Shown here piece after piece: positions 30,460 through 40,691 of a stretch of DNA of 64,000 nucleotides. This DNA is from Spirochaetia bacterium. Its GTDB lineage: Bacteria > Spirochaetota > Spirochaetia > SP-2023. Below the pieces are notes generated by a model. That model was not told the origin of the DNA. It worked only from the letters and a program-made list of their open reading frames with translations, and searched no databases. The position numbers and the translations under genes were made by a program. The DNA is taken from positions 1,920,001 to 1,984,000 of the forward strand of contig CBDDCK010000005.1 in the NCBI GenBank assembly GCA_965225855.1. Direction: 5' to 3'. Position 1 is the first letter of the stretch; each line of letters starts with the position of its first letter.

Positions 30460-31228
30460 TAATCAGACCACCATCCACATTGATTGTTTGTCCTGTAATA
30501 TACGCAGCGTCTTCAGAAGCAAGGAAAGAAACCAGTCCCGCTATATCTTCTGCTGTTCCTGCTCGGCCCATTGGGATATTCTTAACCCATTCTGCCATTA
30601 GTTCGCCTTGTTTATATCCCCCCAACAACTCTCCCCATTTTTGATCGTTGTAGACCCACATATCGCTTTCGATAATGCCTGGACAAAAAGCATTGACTCT
30701 CACTCCCTGTGGAGCTAATTCTTTTGCCAAACTCTGGGTAATACCGACCACACCCATCTTGCTTGCTGCATAGTGGGGCGTATATATAAAACCATTTCTA
30801 GCTTGCCCAGAAGCCGTGTTTAAGATTACCCCACTTTTTTGTTTCACCATAATTTGGGCTGCAACCTGACAACATAGGAATATGCCCTTGGTATTGATAT
30901 CCATTACCTTGTCCCACTCGGCTTCGGTTAGCTCTTCAAGCTTAGCAATAGTAATTACTCCCGCATTATGGACAGAAACATCTAGGCGCTTAAAGCGATC
31001 AATAATCTCGCGGTAGAATTGCTCAATGTGAGACTTCGATCTTATATCAAAGACCTTACTAAGAGTCTTTTCTGGGTGAGGCAACTGAGTTGCTACATCC
31101 TCTACCAGTTTTTCATCAGAAGCAATACAAATATTAGCACCCTCATAGGCGAAGCGCTCGGCAATCCCCTTGCCAATACCACGACTAGCTCCGATGATAG
31201 CCACAGTTTTTCCTTCAAACATTCTCAT
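30452..31228 (-). CDS. SDR-family oxidoreductase (polyol dehydrogenase-like)
   Basis: GASRGIG, NAGV, HYAASK, VNAFCPG, GQTINVDGG. Confidence 0.93.
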   Translation of the reverse strand: MRMFEGKTVAIIGASRGIGKGIAERFAYEGANICIASDEKLVEDVATQLPHPEKTLSKVFDIRSKSHIEQFYREIIDRFKRLDVSVHNAGVITIAKLEELTEAEWDKVMDINTKGIFLCCQVAAQIMVKQKSGVILNTASGQARNGFIYTPHYAASKMGVVGITQSLAKELAPQGVRVNAFCPGIIESDMWVYNDQKWGELLGGYKQGELMAEWVKNIPMGRAGTAEDIAGLVSFLASEDAAYITGQTINVDGGLIMS

Positions 31229-31254
31229 TGTTTAATCTCCTTTAAGGTTATTTT

Positions 31255-32037
31255 TTACCAGCAAGTAAAGCCACCATCTACTAGTAAATCAATACCAGTA
31301 CAAAATGATGATGCCTGGCTTGCGAGAAAAATTGCAGGACCAACCATTTCATTTACGCTAGCCATCCGCTCCATCGGGGTTTGTTCCTCAAAGAGTCTTG
31401 TCTGATGCACCATTTCAGGTCTTGTATTCATTGGAGTAGCTGTGTAACCTGGGCTGATTGCATTAACCCGAATTCCTTTGTTACACCACTCCATTGCCAA
31501 GCTTTTGCTCAAATGGAGTACACCTGCCTTCGATGTATTATAATGGCATTGGGTTAACCCCCGATTGACAATACTCCCAGACATTGAAGCAATGTTAATA
31601 ATAGTACCCGATAAACCGTGAGCAATCATATGTCGAGCTTCGGCTTGACAGGAGAGAAAAAGGCCTCTTAAGTTAATATTCATTAATTGGTCCCACTGCT
31701 CCTCTTCCATATCCTGTGCCGGGCAAGCATTAGCTATTCCTGCAGCGTTCAAGGCAATGGTAACAGCCCCCAAATTGTCTTTTGCCAAGAGAAGGCTTTC
31801 TGATAAGTCTTTTATCTCTGTTACAGAGCCTCTAAATGCTAGAGCCTTCCTGCCATTTGCCTGAATCTGTTTCGCTGTTTCATCTAGACCTGTCGAAGTC
31901 GGCAGATCAAAACATAAAACATCAGCCCCCGCCTTTGCAAAGCCAACGGCAACACTTTGTCCTATGCCACTACCAGCACCTGTAACGATGGCCACCTGAT
32001 CTTGCAAGCTAAATAGTTCCACACTAATCTCCTCCAA
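31255..32037 (-). CDS. SDR-family oxidoreductase (polyol dehydrogenase-like)
   Basis: TGAGSGIG, NIASMSG, HYNTSKAG, VNAISPG, LLVDGG. Confidence 0.93.
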   Translation of the reverse strand: MEEISVELFSLQDQVAIVTGAGSGIGQSVAVGFAKAGADVLCFDLPTSTGLDETAKQIQANGRKALAFRGSVTEIKDLSESLLLAKDNLGAVTIALNAAGIANACPAQDMEEEQWDQLMNINLRGLFLSCQAEARHMIAHGLSGTIINIASMSGSIVNRGLTQCHYNTSKAGVLHLSKSLAMEWCNKGIRVNAISPGYTATPMNTRPEMVHQTRLFEEQTPMERMASVNEMVGPAIFLASQASSFCTGIDLLVDGGFTCW

Positions 32038-33553
32038 TTACAATTTCTTCAAAAGTGGTTGCTAAGGCCATAACCTGCTCCTGATCAAGTTGACCATCAT
32101 TAATAAGAATACCTCTTTGGCTTCCACGTAGGAGAACAAGTATTTTATGAGACAAGCCCATTATTTCTTCTAATTTTGAACTGATGACAATCACTGCAGA
32201 ACCAGCCTTGGCCAGAGCTTGAATAATATTATAAATCTCATGCTTTGCTCCAACATCAATCCCACGAGTAGGTTCATCTAAAATAATGATCTTGGGATTC
32301 CTACTAACCCATTTCCCGATCATTACTTTCTGTTGATTCCCTCCCGATAATTTACTCACTAATTGATTGAGACGACACTTGATATGGAATTTCTTAATGA
32401 TTTTTTCCCCTAAATTTTCAATTTTAGAGGACCAGCACCACCCTTTTCGGGCTAGCCGATCATAATTACCTAACAATATATTACTTGCTACCTTATGGTC
32501 TAATATTAATCCTTGTTGTTTTCTATCTTCAGAAATATAGACCAGACCATGCTTGATTGCATCTTTGGGAGTTTGGAGTTGTACTTGATGACCATTAATT
32601 TTTATAGAGCCACTGTTTATCTTGTCAATTCCACTAATGCATCTTGCTAGTTCAGTACGCCCTGCACCGACAATCCCAGCGACACCAAGAATTTCACCAG
32701 AATTGACAGTAAATTTTATATTATCAAATTGATAATATGGTGTTTTTATATTTGATACTTCAAGTATAGCATCTTTTGTAGGTTTATTTCTAAGAGGGAA
32801 AATAGTTTCTAAATTTCTGCCTACCATGTCCCTTATTAGATCTTTTGTCGCAATATCTGCGCTATCATAGGTCCTTACTACTTCTCCGTCTCTAATAACG
32901 ACAATCCGATCTGCTATTCGGGGAATTTCGTCTAAGCGGTGGCTGATGTAGATAAAGGAATAACCTTCTTTACGAAGTATATGTAAGCTATCAAAAAGAA
33001 GCTGAGTTTCTTCTTCCCCAAGAGCAGTCGTTGGCTCATCCAGAATGAGTAACTTGGGCTCAAGGTCCAACGCCTTTGCTATTTCAACCTTCTGCATAGA
33101 GGCTACTTGCAATTCGGACACCCTCACTTCAGAGGGAATGTCAAGACCTAACTTTTTTAGTTTTTGATCGGCAAGGACTTTCATTTCTTTTCGATCTATA
33201 ATCCCTCGTTTCGTATGTAGCCTTCCCAAAAATATATTCTCATAAATCGATAATTCAGGCAAAAGGCTTAACTCTTGATGGACAACACCAATACCAAATT
33301 CCAAGCCTTCCTTGGGTGATTCTGGTTTATAGTCACGGCCTTCCCATTTCATTAAGCCAGAGTCGTATTGATGGATGCCCGCTATAATTGAAGATATAGT
33401 AGATTTCCCTGCTCCATTTTCACCAAGTAAAGCAAGAATTTCTCCCGATCTTACAGAAAGATTAATATTTTTTAGGACAGGTACGCCATTAAAGCTTTTA
33501 TATAACTTTTTAATAATTAGTCTTGAATTGTTTTCTAAACTATTGTATTCCAT
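32024..33553 (-). CDS. Sugar ABC transporter ATP-binding protein
   Basis: GENGAGKST, LDEPT twice, LSGGNQQK. Confidence 0.95.
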   Translation of the reverse strand: MEYNSLENNSRLIIKKLYKSFNGVPVLKNINLSVRSGEILALLGENGAGKSTISSIIAGIHQYDSGLMKWEGRDYKPESPKEGLEFGIGVVHQELSLLPELSIYENIFLGRLHTKRGIIDRKEMKVLADQKLKKLGLDIPSEVRVSELQVASMQKVEIAKALDLEPKLLILDEPTTALGEEETQLLFDSLHILRKEGYSFIYISHRLDEIPRIADRIVVIRDGEVVRTYDSADIATKDLIRDMVGRNLETIFPLRNKPTKDAILEVSNIKTPYYQFDNIKFTVNSGEILGVAGIVGAGRTELARCISGIDKINSGSIKINGHQVQLQTPKDAIKHGLVYISEDRKQQGLILDHKVASNILLGNYDRLARKGWCWSSKIENLGEKIIKKFHIKCRLNQLVSKLSGGNQQKVMIGKWVSRNPKIIILDEPTRGIDVGAKHEIYNIIQALAKAGSAVIVISSKLEEIMGLSHKILVLLRGSQRGILINDGQLDQEQVMALATTFEEIVIGGD

Positions 33554-33817
33554 CTCTTCTACACCTAGGGAGAACAGGATTTAAATACAAATCAAATCCT
33601 TTGTTTTTTGTAAGGCTCCCTTAAAAAGAAAGTATATATTTAAACCTAAAGGAATAGGAGCAATTATTTTTTGATGTTAGACAAAGATCTTTTGCAACGA
33701 CAGCAAGGAAGGAAAGTCTCAATTGACAAAATATGAACCAAGGCTTTCCTTACAAAGCTATTTCGAGCAAAAAGACCATGCCTATATAACGAAATGGCCA
33801 TTTCTCAAGATGTTCCC

Positions 33818-34762
33818 CTAAGGATGTTTTTTCAAAAAGGGACCGACATTGTCTGCAGTTGTTAGAGTTGCTTCTTGTAACTGGAGCTTGGGAAGAGAAT
33901 ATCCCTTTATCAGCTTCAAGGCAGAATCCAGGGCTAAACGACCCATCAGCTGGGTCTGTTGGGTCATAGTCGCATCCAAGGTGCCACTTGCAACTGCCTT
34001 TAAGCCCGCAATATCACCATCAAAACCAACAATCAATACCTTATAAGGCAAGTTCGCAACCTTTACAGCCTGAGCAGCCCCGAGTGCCAAAGCATCTGCT
34101 CTGCCAAAAAAAACAGTAATTTCAGGGTTGCGCTGTAGCATATCTTGAGCTATCTTAAAGCCTTCGTCCTGTGCCCACATAGTACTTGCTTGCTTCGCCA
34201 CGACTTGAAGGTTTGGGGCGCCCGACAAAGCTTCATTAAATCCTTTATCGCGATCTAACTCAGGAGTGGTGCCAATCTGCCCCTGAATAATTCCGATTTT
34301 TCCCTTGCCCCCTGTTTGTTTGATGACGTATTCCCCGAGCTCCCTGGCTGCAGAAACACTGTCTGTAGCAATAAACGTATCACCTGGATATTCTTCAGGG
34401 TTTCGGTCTACGGTAACTACTGGAATATTTGCTTCTCGTGCTAATTTTATTGGCACAGAAGCGGCCGTAGCTCCTGCGGGAATATAGATTAAGGCACTGA
34501 TTTGCCTAGTTATCAGGTCCTGAATTTGGTTTACCTGCACAGCAGAATCACCCTTAGCATCTACAGTAATGACTTTGACTGTTCCTTTCTGCTCCGCATA
34601 AGATTCAACTGATTGTTTTATTTGATTAAAAAAATCTGCCTGTAAATTTGCTACAGCCAGGCCAATTGTGATTTCTCCATTTTCTTTTGATGTTCCACGA
34701 GCCTGGAGGGCCATACCTAAATTGGCCAACAAAAAAATAGAAAGAATAATTCTAAGCTTCAT
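33818..34762 (-). CDS. Sugar/polyol ABC substrate-binding protein
   Basis: Signal peptide; ANLQADFF, IATDS, VGFDG. Confidence 0.92.
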   Translation of the reverse strand: MKLRIILSIFLLANLGMALQARGTSKENGEITIGLAVANLQADFFNQIKQSVESYAEQKGTVKVITVDAKGDSAVQVNQIQDLITRQISALIYIPAGATAASVPIKLAREANIPVVTVDRNPEEYPGDTFIATDSVSAARELGEYVIKQTGGKGKIGIIQGQIGTTPELDRDKGFNEALSGAPNLQVVAKQASTMWAQDEGFKIAQDMLQRNPEITVFFGRADALALGAAQAVKVANLPYKVLIVGFDGDIAGLKAVASGTLDATMTQQTQLMGRLALDSALKLIKGYSLPKLQLQEATLTTADNVGPFLKKHP

Positions 34763-35037
34763 AGATTCCTCCGTAATTGCTTTTAAAAAATGTATATAAA
34801 GAGACTATGAGAGTCTCTAAAAGTCTGCTTCCGATGAACAACAAGTAAAGGCATTTTTTCCAATAGCAAGACAATAATCCAGTTCAAATTTCCTATTTTG
34901 AAATGATTTGGCAGCAAAGCTACTTCAGGAAAAGGCCAATCCTGTAACGCGCCATCAATATTGACGAGCATTTTTATTGTGCCCTATGTGTCAAAATCAA
35001 CAACTTATAACGACTATATCATAATATACCCTCCCAG

Positions 35038-36012
35038 TTATCTTGAAGGATTTCTTCTAGATATATCGATGAGCACTGCTACCGCTATCACAATCCCTAT
35101 AATGATCTGCTGGAAAAACGGGGAAACGGCAAGTAAGTTAAGAGCATTTCGCAATACTCCAATAATCAAAACACCAATAACAGTCCCAGCGATATTACCT
35201 CTTCCACCACTTAAGCTTGTGCCACCAATCACAACTGCTGCAATTGCATCGAGTTCATAACCCAAGCCAGCACTAGGCTGAGAAGAATCAAGCCTAGCTG
35301 CGAGAACAATTGCTGCGACCCCTGCCATCAGGCCAGAAAAGATGTAGACCAGCAGCAATGTATAACGAACGTTAATTCCCGCAAGACGTGCGACCTCAGA
35401 ATTCCCTCCAATCGCATATAAATAGTGCCCTTCTTGCCTGTATTTCAAAAAGAACCATGCAGCTAAACACAGTACTATGAAAATAGACATTGTTATAGAA
35501 AAGAATCCAGCATGTCTTATAGTTGTAATATTAGTAAATTGATCTGAGTATCCGACAATCTGCTGACCATCGGTCAATATATTAGCCAAACCGCGAGCAC
35601 TGGACATGAGAGCGAGAGTCGCAATAAAAGGAGGGACCTTAGCAAAAGCGATAAGCCAGCCAGAAATCAATCCACAAAGAGCGCCTGTAACCAATCCACA
35701 AAAAAGCGCCAGGCCAAATGGAATACCGATATTTCTGGACAACCAACCCATCATCATCATGGAAAATGCCAATGTGGAACCCACAGATAAATCGATACCT
35801 CCTGTAATAATAACAAATGTCATACCTAAAGAAATAATTCCAAGGACTGTAATCTGATCAAGCACATTAAATAGGTTTCTGGAAGTCATAAAATATGGAG
35901 ATGCAAGGGAAAAGATAATACAAAGGCCAATAAGTCCAAAAAGAGGCCCCCCTGTATCATTGCTCTGTAATCTCTTGATAAATAATAAAGCTTTGTTCAT
36001 AGAGTCATGCAT
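35038..36012 (-). CDS. Sugar ABC transporter permease
   Basis: GGIDLSVGS, VPPFIATL, YELDAIAAVVIGGTSLSGG. Confidence 0.95.
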   Translation of the reverse strand: MHDSMNKALLFIKRLQSNDTGGPLFGLIGLCIIFSLASPYFMTSRNLFNVLDQITVLGIISLGMTFVIITGGIDLSVGSTLAFSMMMMGWLSRNIGIPFGLALFCGLVTGALCGLISGWLIAFAKVPPFIATLALMSSARGLANILTDGQQIVGYSDQFTNITTIRHAGFFSITMSIFIVLCLAAWFFLKYRQEGHYLYAIGGNSEVARLAGINVRYTLLLVYIFSGLMAGVAAIVLAARLDSSQPSAGLGYELDAIAAVVIGGTSLSGGRGNIAGTVIGVLIIGVLRNALNLLAVSPFFQQIIIGIVIAVAVLIDISRRNPSR

Positions 36013-36232
36013 CCCTGCTCGCCCTCCAGATAAAAAACACGCTGCTTATCCGATGTGCTTTTGGGAAGAGCTAGATTGTTAAATACTAACATAGTATTTT
36101 TGATTTGTCAAATAATATTTACTAAAATTTTCTATTATTTTCTAATTTTTTTGCAGTGTTGAAAAATATCTCTTTAGTGGATAAAATGACTCCCTCTGTC
36201 GAGAATTCCAGATAGGAGATATAAAGAGCAAC

Positions 36233-37012
36233 ATGAAAAATATTAAACTGGCCGAAGATCGTAGGCATAAGATCATGGAACTACTTAACGAAGATGGTAG
36301 CGCCAGAGTAAAAGAATTGAGCCTGCTCTTCGAGGTTTCAGAGCCAACTATTCGTACCGACTTGGCCACTCTCGAAGAGCAGGGACTTATTATGCGCAGG
36401 CACGGAGGAGCCTTTTTGAAAACAATACCCAAACAAGTATCACACCTATTGGTTCAAAACAGCACCAATATTGAAAAAAAGCAAAAGATAGCAAAAAAGG
36501 CCTTAGAATTTATCTCTAACGAAGATTCTATCATCCTGGATTCTGGCTCGACCATAACAGAATTGGCCAAGATTTTGCCGAGTACCTTTGAGTTCGTCCA
36601 AATTGTGACCAATGCCTTAAACATTGCGCTATTACTAGGTCAGCATCCCGAATTTGATATCTACCTGATCGGTGGGGCATTCAAGGCTCCAACCTTATCA
36701 ACTACTGGGGACAAGGCCCTTGAGTTCTTTGACTCTATAACAACGCGTACAGTTTTTCTTGCTACAGGCGGAGTTTCGAAAAACGGTGAACTGACCTACC
36801 CCAGTATTGCGGACATTCCACTGAAGAAAGTGATGATCGAATCTGCCGAGAGAGTAGTTTTGCTCGCAGACTCAAGCAAATTTTATAAAAGCTCTTTCGC
36901 CGTGTTAGAACAAATCGACCAAGTTGTAGACTACCTAATTACGGATGAAGAACTGGCACCTGAAACAAAAGAAGAGCTAGAGACACACAAAACTAGAGTA
37001 ATCATCGCCTAA
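36233..37012 (+). CDS. DeoR/GlpR-family transcriptional regulator
   Basis: FEVSEPTIRTDL HTH, RRHGGA, LDSGST, LLADSSK. Confidence 0.95.
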   Translation: MKNIKLAEDRRHKIMELLNEDGSARVKELSLLFEVSEPTIRTDLATLEEQGLIMRRHGGAFLKTIPKQVSHLLVQNSTNIEKKQKIAKKALEFISNEDSIILDSGSTITELAKILPSTFEFVQIVTNALNIALLLGQHPEFDIYLIGGAFKAPTLSTTGDKALEFFDSITTRTVFLATGGVSKNGELTYPSIADIPLKKVMIESAERVVLLADSSKFYKSSFAVLEQIDQVVDYLITDEELAPETKEELETHKTRVIIA

Positions 37013-37155
37013 AAAGAATCGTTCTCTTTTTATCGTTATCGCTCTGGATGGAGAAATCTTCAAGTAATCATCTTGTTAAAACAAAAAAATGATAAACAGT
37101 TGAAACTAATAGAAAAATATCGTAAAATTGCAAGTAAGATTATAGAGAGGTATTT

Positions 37156-37968
37156 ATGCTTGCTATCGAAAGAATTCCCGATATAACCCGCGAGGCTCGC
37201 AGGCTAGTTTTACAAATGAACTACAGAGTAAAGTCCGGTCATACTGGAGCTGATCTATCTGAAATGGATATACTTTGTACGCTATGGGGTAGTATCCTTA
37301 TGCGCGATCGAGAAAATGAGCTGGATAATGATCGCTTTATTCTGAGTAAGGCTCATGGAGCTGGAGGCTTTTATGCCATGCTTGCAGCTCTTGGGCACAT
37401 TGACAGCTCATCTTTAGCTACCTATCAGCAGGCACAAAGCAAGCTCCCAGGCCACCCCGTACGCCAGAAATTGCCTGGTCTTGTCGAGATTAACGCCGGA
37501 GGCTTGGGACATGGTCTACCAGTGGCTGTGGGGCTAGCTCTGGCCAAAAAGCTACAAGGAGCCCTAGGACGAGTCTTTGTCCTCCTGGGAGATGGTGAGC
37601 TAGCCGAAGGATCTAATTGGGAGGGGTTGTTCTGCGCTGCCAAGTACGAATTGGACAACCTATTCGTCATTATAGACCGTAACCGCTTGCAATTGGCCTC
37701 TTGGACAGAAGAAATCATGCCACTGGACCCCTTGGACGAAAAATTCCGGGCCTTTCACGCCTCTGTAAGCCAATGCGATGGAAATAATCCTAACGCCATT
37801 TTCAGTGCCATTGAAGAATTAGAAATGGGAGGAATAAAACAGCCTCGTCTCCTAATCGCCAACACAGTCAAGGGGAAGGGAGTATCCTTTATCGAAAATG
37901 TTCCAGCCTGGCACCACAAGGTGCCAACAAATGAACAGCTAGCACAAGCCCTAAAGGAATTAAGCTAA
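37156..37968 (+). CDS. Transketolase N-terminal subunit
   Basis: SGHTG, DRFILSKAH, LPGHP, GLGHGL, LGDGELAEGSNWE ThDP motif. Confidence 0.95.
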   Translation: MLAIERIPDITREARRLVLQMNYRVKSGHTGADLSEMDILCTLWGSILMRDRENELDNDRFILSKAHGAGGFYAMLAALGHIDSSSLATYQQAQSKLPGHPVRQKLPGLVEINAGGLGHGLPVAVGLALAKKLQGALGRVFVLLGDGELAEGSNWEGLFCAAKYELDNLFVIIDRNRLQLASWTEEIMPLDPLDEKFRAFHASVSQCDGNNPNAIFSAIEELEMGGIKQPRLLIANTVKGKGVSFIENVPAWHHKVPTNEQLAQALKELS

Positions 37969-38885
37969 TGGAAGATATGAGAGACCGGGTGGTTCAGGTA
38001 CTATTAGAACATTTAGAAGAGGGGCTACCTATAGTTGGAGTTGTCTCAGACTCGACATCGACCTCAAGAATCGCTCCTCTACAGGAGCAGTTTCCCGACA
38101 AAGTCATCAATGTCGGTATTGCCGAACAAAGCCTAGTTGGCACTGCCGCAGGACTTTCCTTGGGAGGCTTTGTTCCCTATACAGCTAACGCTGCGCCATT
38201 TTTACTGACTCGTTCTGCCGAACAGGTACGCAATGACCTTTGCTACTCAGATTTGAATGTCAAAATGCTGGGCCTTAACGCAGGAGTGGCTTATGGGCCA
38301 TTGGGCTCTACCCACCACAGCATTGAAGACCTTGGCTTGCTCCGCTCCTGGGGAAACGTACAAATTTTTACTCCCGCTGATGCAACAGAGGCTGCTGCAG
38401 TCACGGATTATACCAGTCGCAATCCTGGCCCCATGTATATCCGTATGGATAGTGGCAACTTACCTTTGTTACACAAGGATAATTTCTCCTTTCAGCCGGG
38501 CGAACCAGTTTGCTATTGCGAGGGCAAAGATCTAGTAATCTTTGCCCTCGGTTCTCTTGTTCACGAGGCACTGAGTGCAGTCGCTCTAGGGCTTGAGGCT
38601 ACAGTTGTAAACCTTCTGTCCATCCGCCCTCTCAACGAAGCAGCAGTAATAGAGATTGTTCGTCAGCATAAAAACATTATTTGCCTTGAAGAACATAGTG
38701 TGCAAACTGGCCTGGCCAGTCTTCTTAGCAAGCTTATGATTGAGGGCGGAATTCTCCGCAATTTAACGGCCCTAGGGTTTGATAGCTTTGCCACAGCAGA
38801 GCCTAGGAGCGCAATCCGTCGAGGCTTTAGGCTAGATGCTCAAGGGATCTTATCTGTGGCAAAAGGCTTAGCTACCAATGCATAA
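37968..38885 (+). CDS. Transketolase C-terminal subunit
   Basis: NVGIAEQ, GSTHHSIED, GPMYIR, EEHS. Confidence 0.95.
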   Translation: MEDMRDRVVQVLLEHLEEGLPIVGVVSDSTSTSRIAPLQEQFPDKVINVGIAEQSLVGTAAGLSLGGFVPYTANAAPFLLTRSAEQVRNDLCYSDLNVKMLGLNAGVAYGPLGSTHHSIEDLGLLRSWGNVQIFTPADATEAAAVTDYTSRNPGPMYIRMDSGNLPLLHKDNFSFQPGEPVCYCEGKDLVIFALGSLVHEALSAVALGLEATVVNLLSIRPLNEAAVIEIVRQHKNIICLEEHSVQTGLASLLSKLMIEGGILRNLTALGFDSFATAEPRSAIRRGFRLDAQGILSVAKGLATNA

Positions 38886-40347
38886 ACATATTTTGGCAAT
38901 CGACCAGGGAACTAGTGGCAGTCGAGCTTTTATCTATCGGCTAGAAGGCCAAGTACTGGAGCTTATCGCCTCAGGCAGTGCCATATTACAATCTTACTAC
39001 CCGCAAAGCTCTTATGTCGAACAGAATGCTGGTGAAATTCTTGACTCTGTCAATCAGGCAGTTCACCGTTGCCTGAACTCTGCCATGATTATGCCTGCAG
39101 AGATTGATATCGCGGCAATCAGTAACCAACGAGAAACCTTCGTACTCTGGGATCAGGAAGGCAAGCCTCTAGCCCCTGCTATCGTCTGGCAGTGTAGAAG
39201 GTCTACAGATATATGTAAAGAGTGGGGAGATTGGGAAGCAGAAATACGCAAGCGAACTGGGCTTAGAGTCGATCCGTACTTCTCGGCAAGTAAACTGGTA
39301 AAGCTTTTGAGGGAAAACAGCCAAGTAGCAGAGGCGCTGAAAGAGCAGCACTGCTACTTTGGCACGATAGACAGCTGGTTGCTCTACCAACTAACGGGAA
39401 ACTATTGCTGCGATAGCACCAATGCCTCTCGGACAATGTTCTTTAATATCCACAACCTATCTTGGGACTGGGAGCTGCTACATCGTTACCATCTGGAAAA
39501 TTTGCATCTTCCCGAGGTTCATCCTTCGGCTTCTTTTTACGGGCAAAGCGACTTCTGGGGGCTTCTGCCTAAACAAGTTCCCATCGACAGCGCAATCGGG
39601 GACTCACATGGGGCTGCTGTAGGACATGGCTGCCTGGAGCCAGGATTTCTGAAAGCTACTTTGGGTACAGGGTCTTCAGTACTGCTGCATGTAGGGCAAA
39701 GTTGTCCCTCAAATTCCTTGCAAAATCCAAAGGGGATTCAAACTCTGTGCTTTAGTACTGAAACACAGACCCATTACGCCAGCGAGGGGATAATCATCAG
39801 CTTCGGTGCCTCAATTTCTTGGCTACGCGACAGCCTGAAGCTATTTAGGGATTTTACTGAAGCAGAGGCTATTGGTCTCCAGAATGAAAGCAATGGAGTA
39901 GTCTTACTCCCAGCTTTCTCTGGTCTGGGCGCTCCGTTTTGGAAGAGCGAAGCCAAAGGTGCGATCCAGGGCCTAACGCTTGCCAGCAGACCTGAACAAA
40001 TTATCCGGGCGGCCTACGAGTCTCTTGCCTTTCAGCTCTATGCAATGATCACAGACATGCAAAAGTATTTGGATTGTCCTCTAAAACAGCTTTCATTTGA
40101 CGGGGGGCTAGTTACGAACCACTTCCTAATGCAGTATATCGCCGAACTGTTTGGTCTAGAGGTTTCAGTGCCAAGCACTAGCACTAGCATGGCAGCACGA
40201 GGGGCCACCTTGCTGGCCTGCCATCATGCCTTTGCTACCCCACTCAATTTGCCAGATAAGCGCAAAATTTTCGTACCTAAAGAAAAGCACAGAGATAGAT
40301 ACTTGCAGCAATACCGAAACTGGTGCTCTTATATAGATAGACTGTAG
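38878..40347 (+). CDS. FGGY-family (glycerol-kinase-like) carbohydrate kinase
   Basis: LAIDQGTSG, SNQRET, AIVWQCRR, DPYFS, TNASRTM, PAFSGLGAPFW. Confidence 0.93.
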   Translation: MHKHILAIDQGTSGSRAFIYRLEGQVLELIASGSAILQSYYPQSSYVEQNAGEILDSVNQAVHRCLNSAMIMPAEIDIAAISNQRETFVLWDQEGKPLAPAIVWQCRRSTDICKEWGDWEAEIRKRTGLRVDPYFSASKLVKLLRENSQVAEALKEQHCYFGTIDSWLLYQLTGNYCCDSTNASRTMFFNIHNLSWDWELLHRYHLENLHLPEVHPSASFYGQSDFWGLLPKQVPIDSAIGDSHGAAVGHGCLEPGFLKATLGTGSSVLLHVGQSCPSNSLQNPKGIQTLCFSTETQTHYASEGIIISFGASISWLRDSLKLFRDFTEAEAIGLQNESNGVVLLPAFSGLGAPFWKSEAKGAIQGLTLASRPEQIIRAAYESLAFQLYAMITDMQKYLDCPLKQLSFDGGLVTNHFLMQYIAELFGLEVSVPSTSTSMAARGATLLACHHAFATPLNLPDKRKIFVPKEKHRDRYLQQYRNWCSYIDRL

Positions 40348-40497
40348 AGGGCCTCTCTAAAGATCGGTTTCAATGCCAAACATACAAAATTTTTTCGGTA
40401 GCAATTAAAGCAAGCCTACTTTGACTACAGTTTACGTAACGTAAGCGTTAGCCGTATTTATCTATCTTAGCTATTTTTATGATTATTCGTGACTTAC

Positions 40498-40658
40498 CAC
40501 AATACACCTTTCCGCCTTGGTATAAAGTATTGTTCCGTATTACTGAAATATAGCTTTCCGCCTTGGTATAAAGTCTTGTTCCGCATTGGTGCAATATAAC
40601 TTTCCAACTTGGAGCAAGGTATTGATCCGCCTTGGATCAAGGCCTTGATCGAAGGCGG
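40498..40658 (+). repeat. Module D array, seven 23-bp units
   Basis: Exact 23-bp register; ends in the near-palindrome ccgccttggatcaagg|ccttgatcgaaggcgg. Confidence 0.9.
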
Positions 40659-40691
40659 AAAGTTATATCATAGCAAGGCACTAAAAACCAT

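Noticed and set aside
34783..34971. Small ORF between permease and SBP genes
   Set aside because: No recognisable motif or clear RBS; probably intergenic.
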